From assembly GCA_965228735.1 (NCBI GenBank), contig OZ245838.1, positions 7,129,929 to 7,193,928 on the forward strand: a stretch of DNA of 64,000 nucleotides, read 5' to 3'. Positions 62,512 through 64,000 of the stretch are shown here, one piece after another. The notes under the pieces were generated by a model, which had not been told where the DNA came from, searched no databases, and saw only the letters and a program-made list of their open reading frames with translations. The stretch comes from Planctomycetota bacterium (lineage in GTDB: Bacteria; Planctomycetota; UBA1135; UBA2386). Within the stretch, counting starts at the first letter, position 1. Every line of letters begins with the position of its first letter. Made by a program: the position numbers and the translations under genes.

Positions 62512-64000
62512 GGACGCGAGCGCCTGACGTTCGCCGAGCGCATTCATGCCGACCGCTTGCGGCAAGGTGACCTGGAGCAGTACTACCGGCGGTACGGTAG
62601 GGCTCTCACTACTGGCGCGGATGGGATCGTGTCGCTCACTTTGCGCAACAGGTGCCCGCGCCTGCTCGCCAGGCACGGCAGGCTCCGCGGGCATCTGTAC
62701 GTCTTCGACCGACCGGAGCCCGACGTTTCGACGACCGAGCACCGATTCGAACTCGAACCGGAGCGATCGATCGTTGTGCAGGTGGTGGGTGCCGATGGTC
62801 ACCCCGCACCTGGCGCGGCAATCGATGCCGCGTTCGGCGCGTCGCACGGTGGCACCTACTACGCCAGTGGGCGTGAGGCGACCGCGACCATCCATCGCCC
62901 CCTGGATTCGTCGGATGCGAACGATGAATGGCGGATGTTGCGGCTTGGCGTGCCGATTCTGGGGGCGACGATGCCGCCCGTCGTCGTGGACATGAAGGAA
63001 CCGCCGGAGCAACCCGTTCGCATCGTGCTACCTGCCACCGGATCCATGGTAGTGCGGGTCGCCGGGGAGCCTGGGGCGGCTCGACTATGGTTGCACCACC
63101 TGTTGCTTGCTACCGAGGGCGCTGCGAAGAAAGGCATGCGCCCGAGAGACGAATACGCGGTGGGTGAACTGGCCTTTGGCCAGGTTCTTCCTGATGGTGG
63201 TTTCCTGTTTCCCTGTGTGGCGCTGGGCGGCCGCTTTCGGGTCGTGCCACCAACGCCGTACACCCCTCATCCCGCTTTCCCGATGCGGCCCGGCGGCCTC
63301 GACCCGGGCACCTTTCTTGGGCCGAAGGCGGTTGGGGAGAGTGTCGAGGTCGATTTGCTTGGCGACGCGCAAGCACCGGTGGTCAGGGGGCGTCTCGTGC
63401 GTGCCGACGGACGAGCTTGGAGTGACCGTCAGATCGAGTTCGATCTTGGGGTCCTCGTCGTCGACGCACGGGATTGTCGACCGTTCTTTCATATCCGCAC
63501 GGATTCGCTCGGCAGGTTCGCGTTGCCGTTGCCGCGCTACGCCGTGGGGCAGTCGGCGGGGACGCGCACTTTCCGGGTTCTGGACGGATACGGGATCCGT
63601 TCCGGACCGTTTGCCACGGTGAAGCTGCCGACGCTCGTTGCTGGTGAGATCGATCTCGGTGCCGTGATCGCCGAGCGACCGCCGCGGGTGGTTACGGCCT
63701 ATCTGAGAAAGGCGGATGGGACGCTGCACCGCGGTTTGTGCCAGCTGGAGGTCTGGGATGACGATCTCCTGAGCGGACCGAAATGGGCCGTTGTCATCCC
63801 GGAACACGTCGAGACTGCGGCGGACGGTGCAACGGTCTTCTACGCGCCGCCGCGACCGGGTCGATGGCGTCTGGTTTCAGGTAACCACCCCCGCATGGCC
63901 GTCGACTTCGAGTTTGGCGCTGTTGGCGTCGAGGTGGTTTGCCACCAGTAGCGCGTTCGCGGCAGGTAGGCAGGCAGGCAGACGACGCCATGAAGTTCGG

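Larger units (their letters stand above)
60806..63951 (+). pseudogene. Secreted carboxypeptidase-regulatory-like gene interrupted by IS256
   Basis: ..TGKPLAGAELLYLPDDFGRE | RLTFAERIH.. rejoins in frame when the IS and one TSD copy are removed. Confidence 0.8.

Overview
High-GC bacterial DNA. The gene content (many ECF sigma factors, an ECF/Ser-Thr kinase pair, ELWxxDGT, CRTAC/FG-GAP and carboxypeptidase-regulatory-like proteins) suggests a Planctomycetota-like genome, which is an inference. 1-29 kb holds four ECF sigma factors, a thiol-redox cluster, a permease/FG-GAP fusion, c-type cytochromes, hydrolases and a four-gene two-component operon. 29.3-41.7 kb is an accessory region punctuated by three copies of a ~90-bp structured repeat. 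It carries TA modules, IS remnants, secreted proteins and a probable UxxC selenoprotein. 41.8-64 kb is a mobile-element hotspot: a group II intron at a start codon, two copies of a 3618-bp element encoding TWO different DDE transposases plus two OrfA-like paralogues, and IS3 and IS256 elements that have fragmented several secreted-protein genes. Top leads are the dual-transposase element, the selenoprotein, a C-terminal domain shared by five unrelated secreted proteins (candidate sorting signal), the 90-bp repeat and the ATG-located intron. All calls are by eye, with no database searches.
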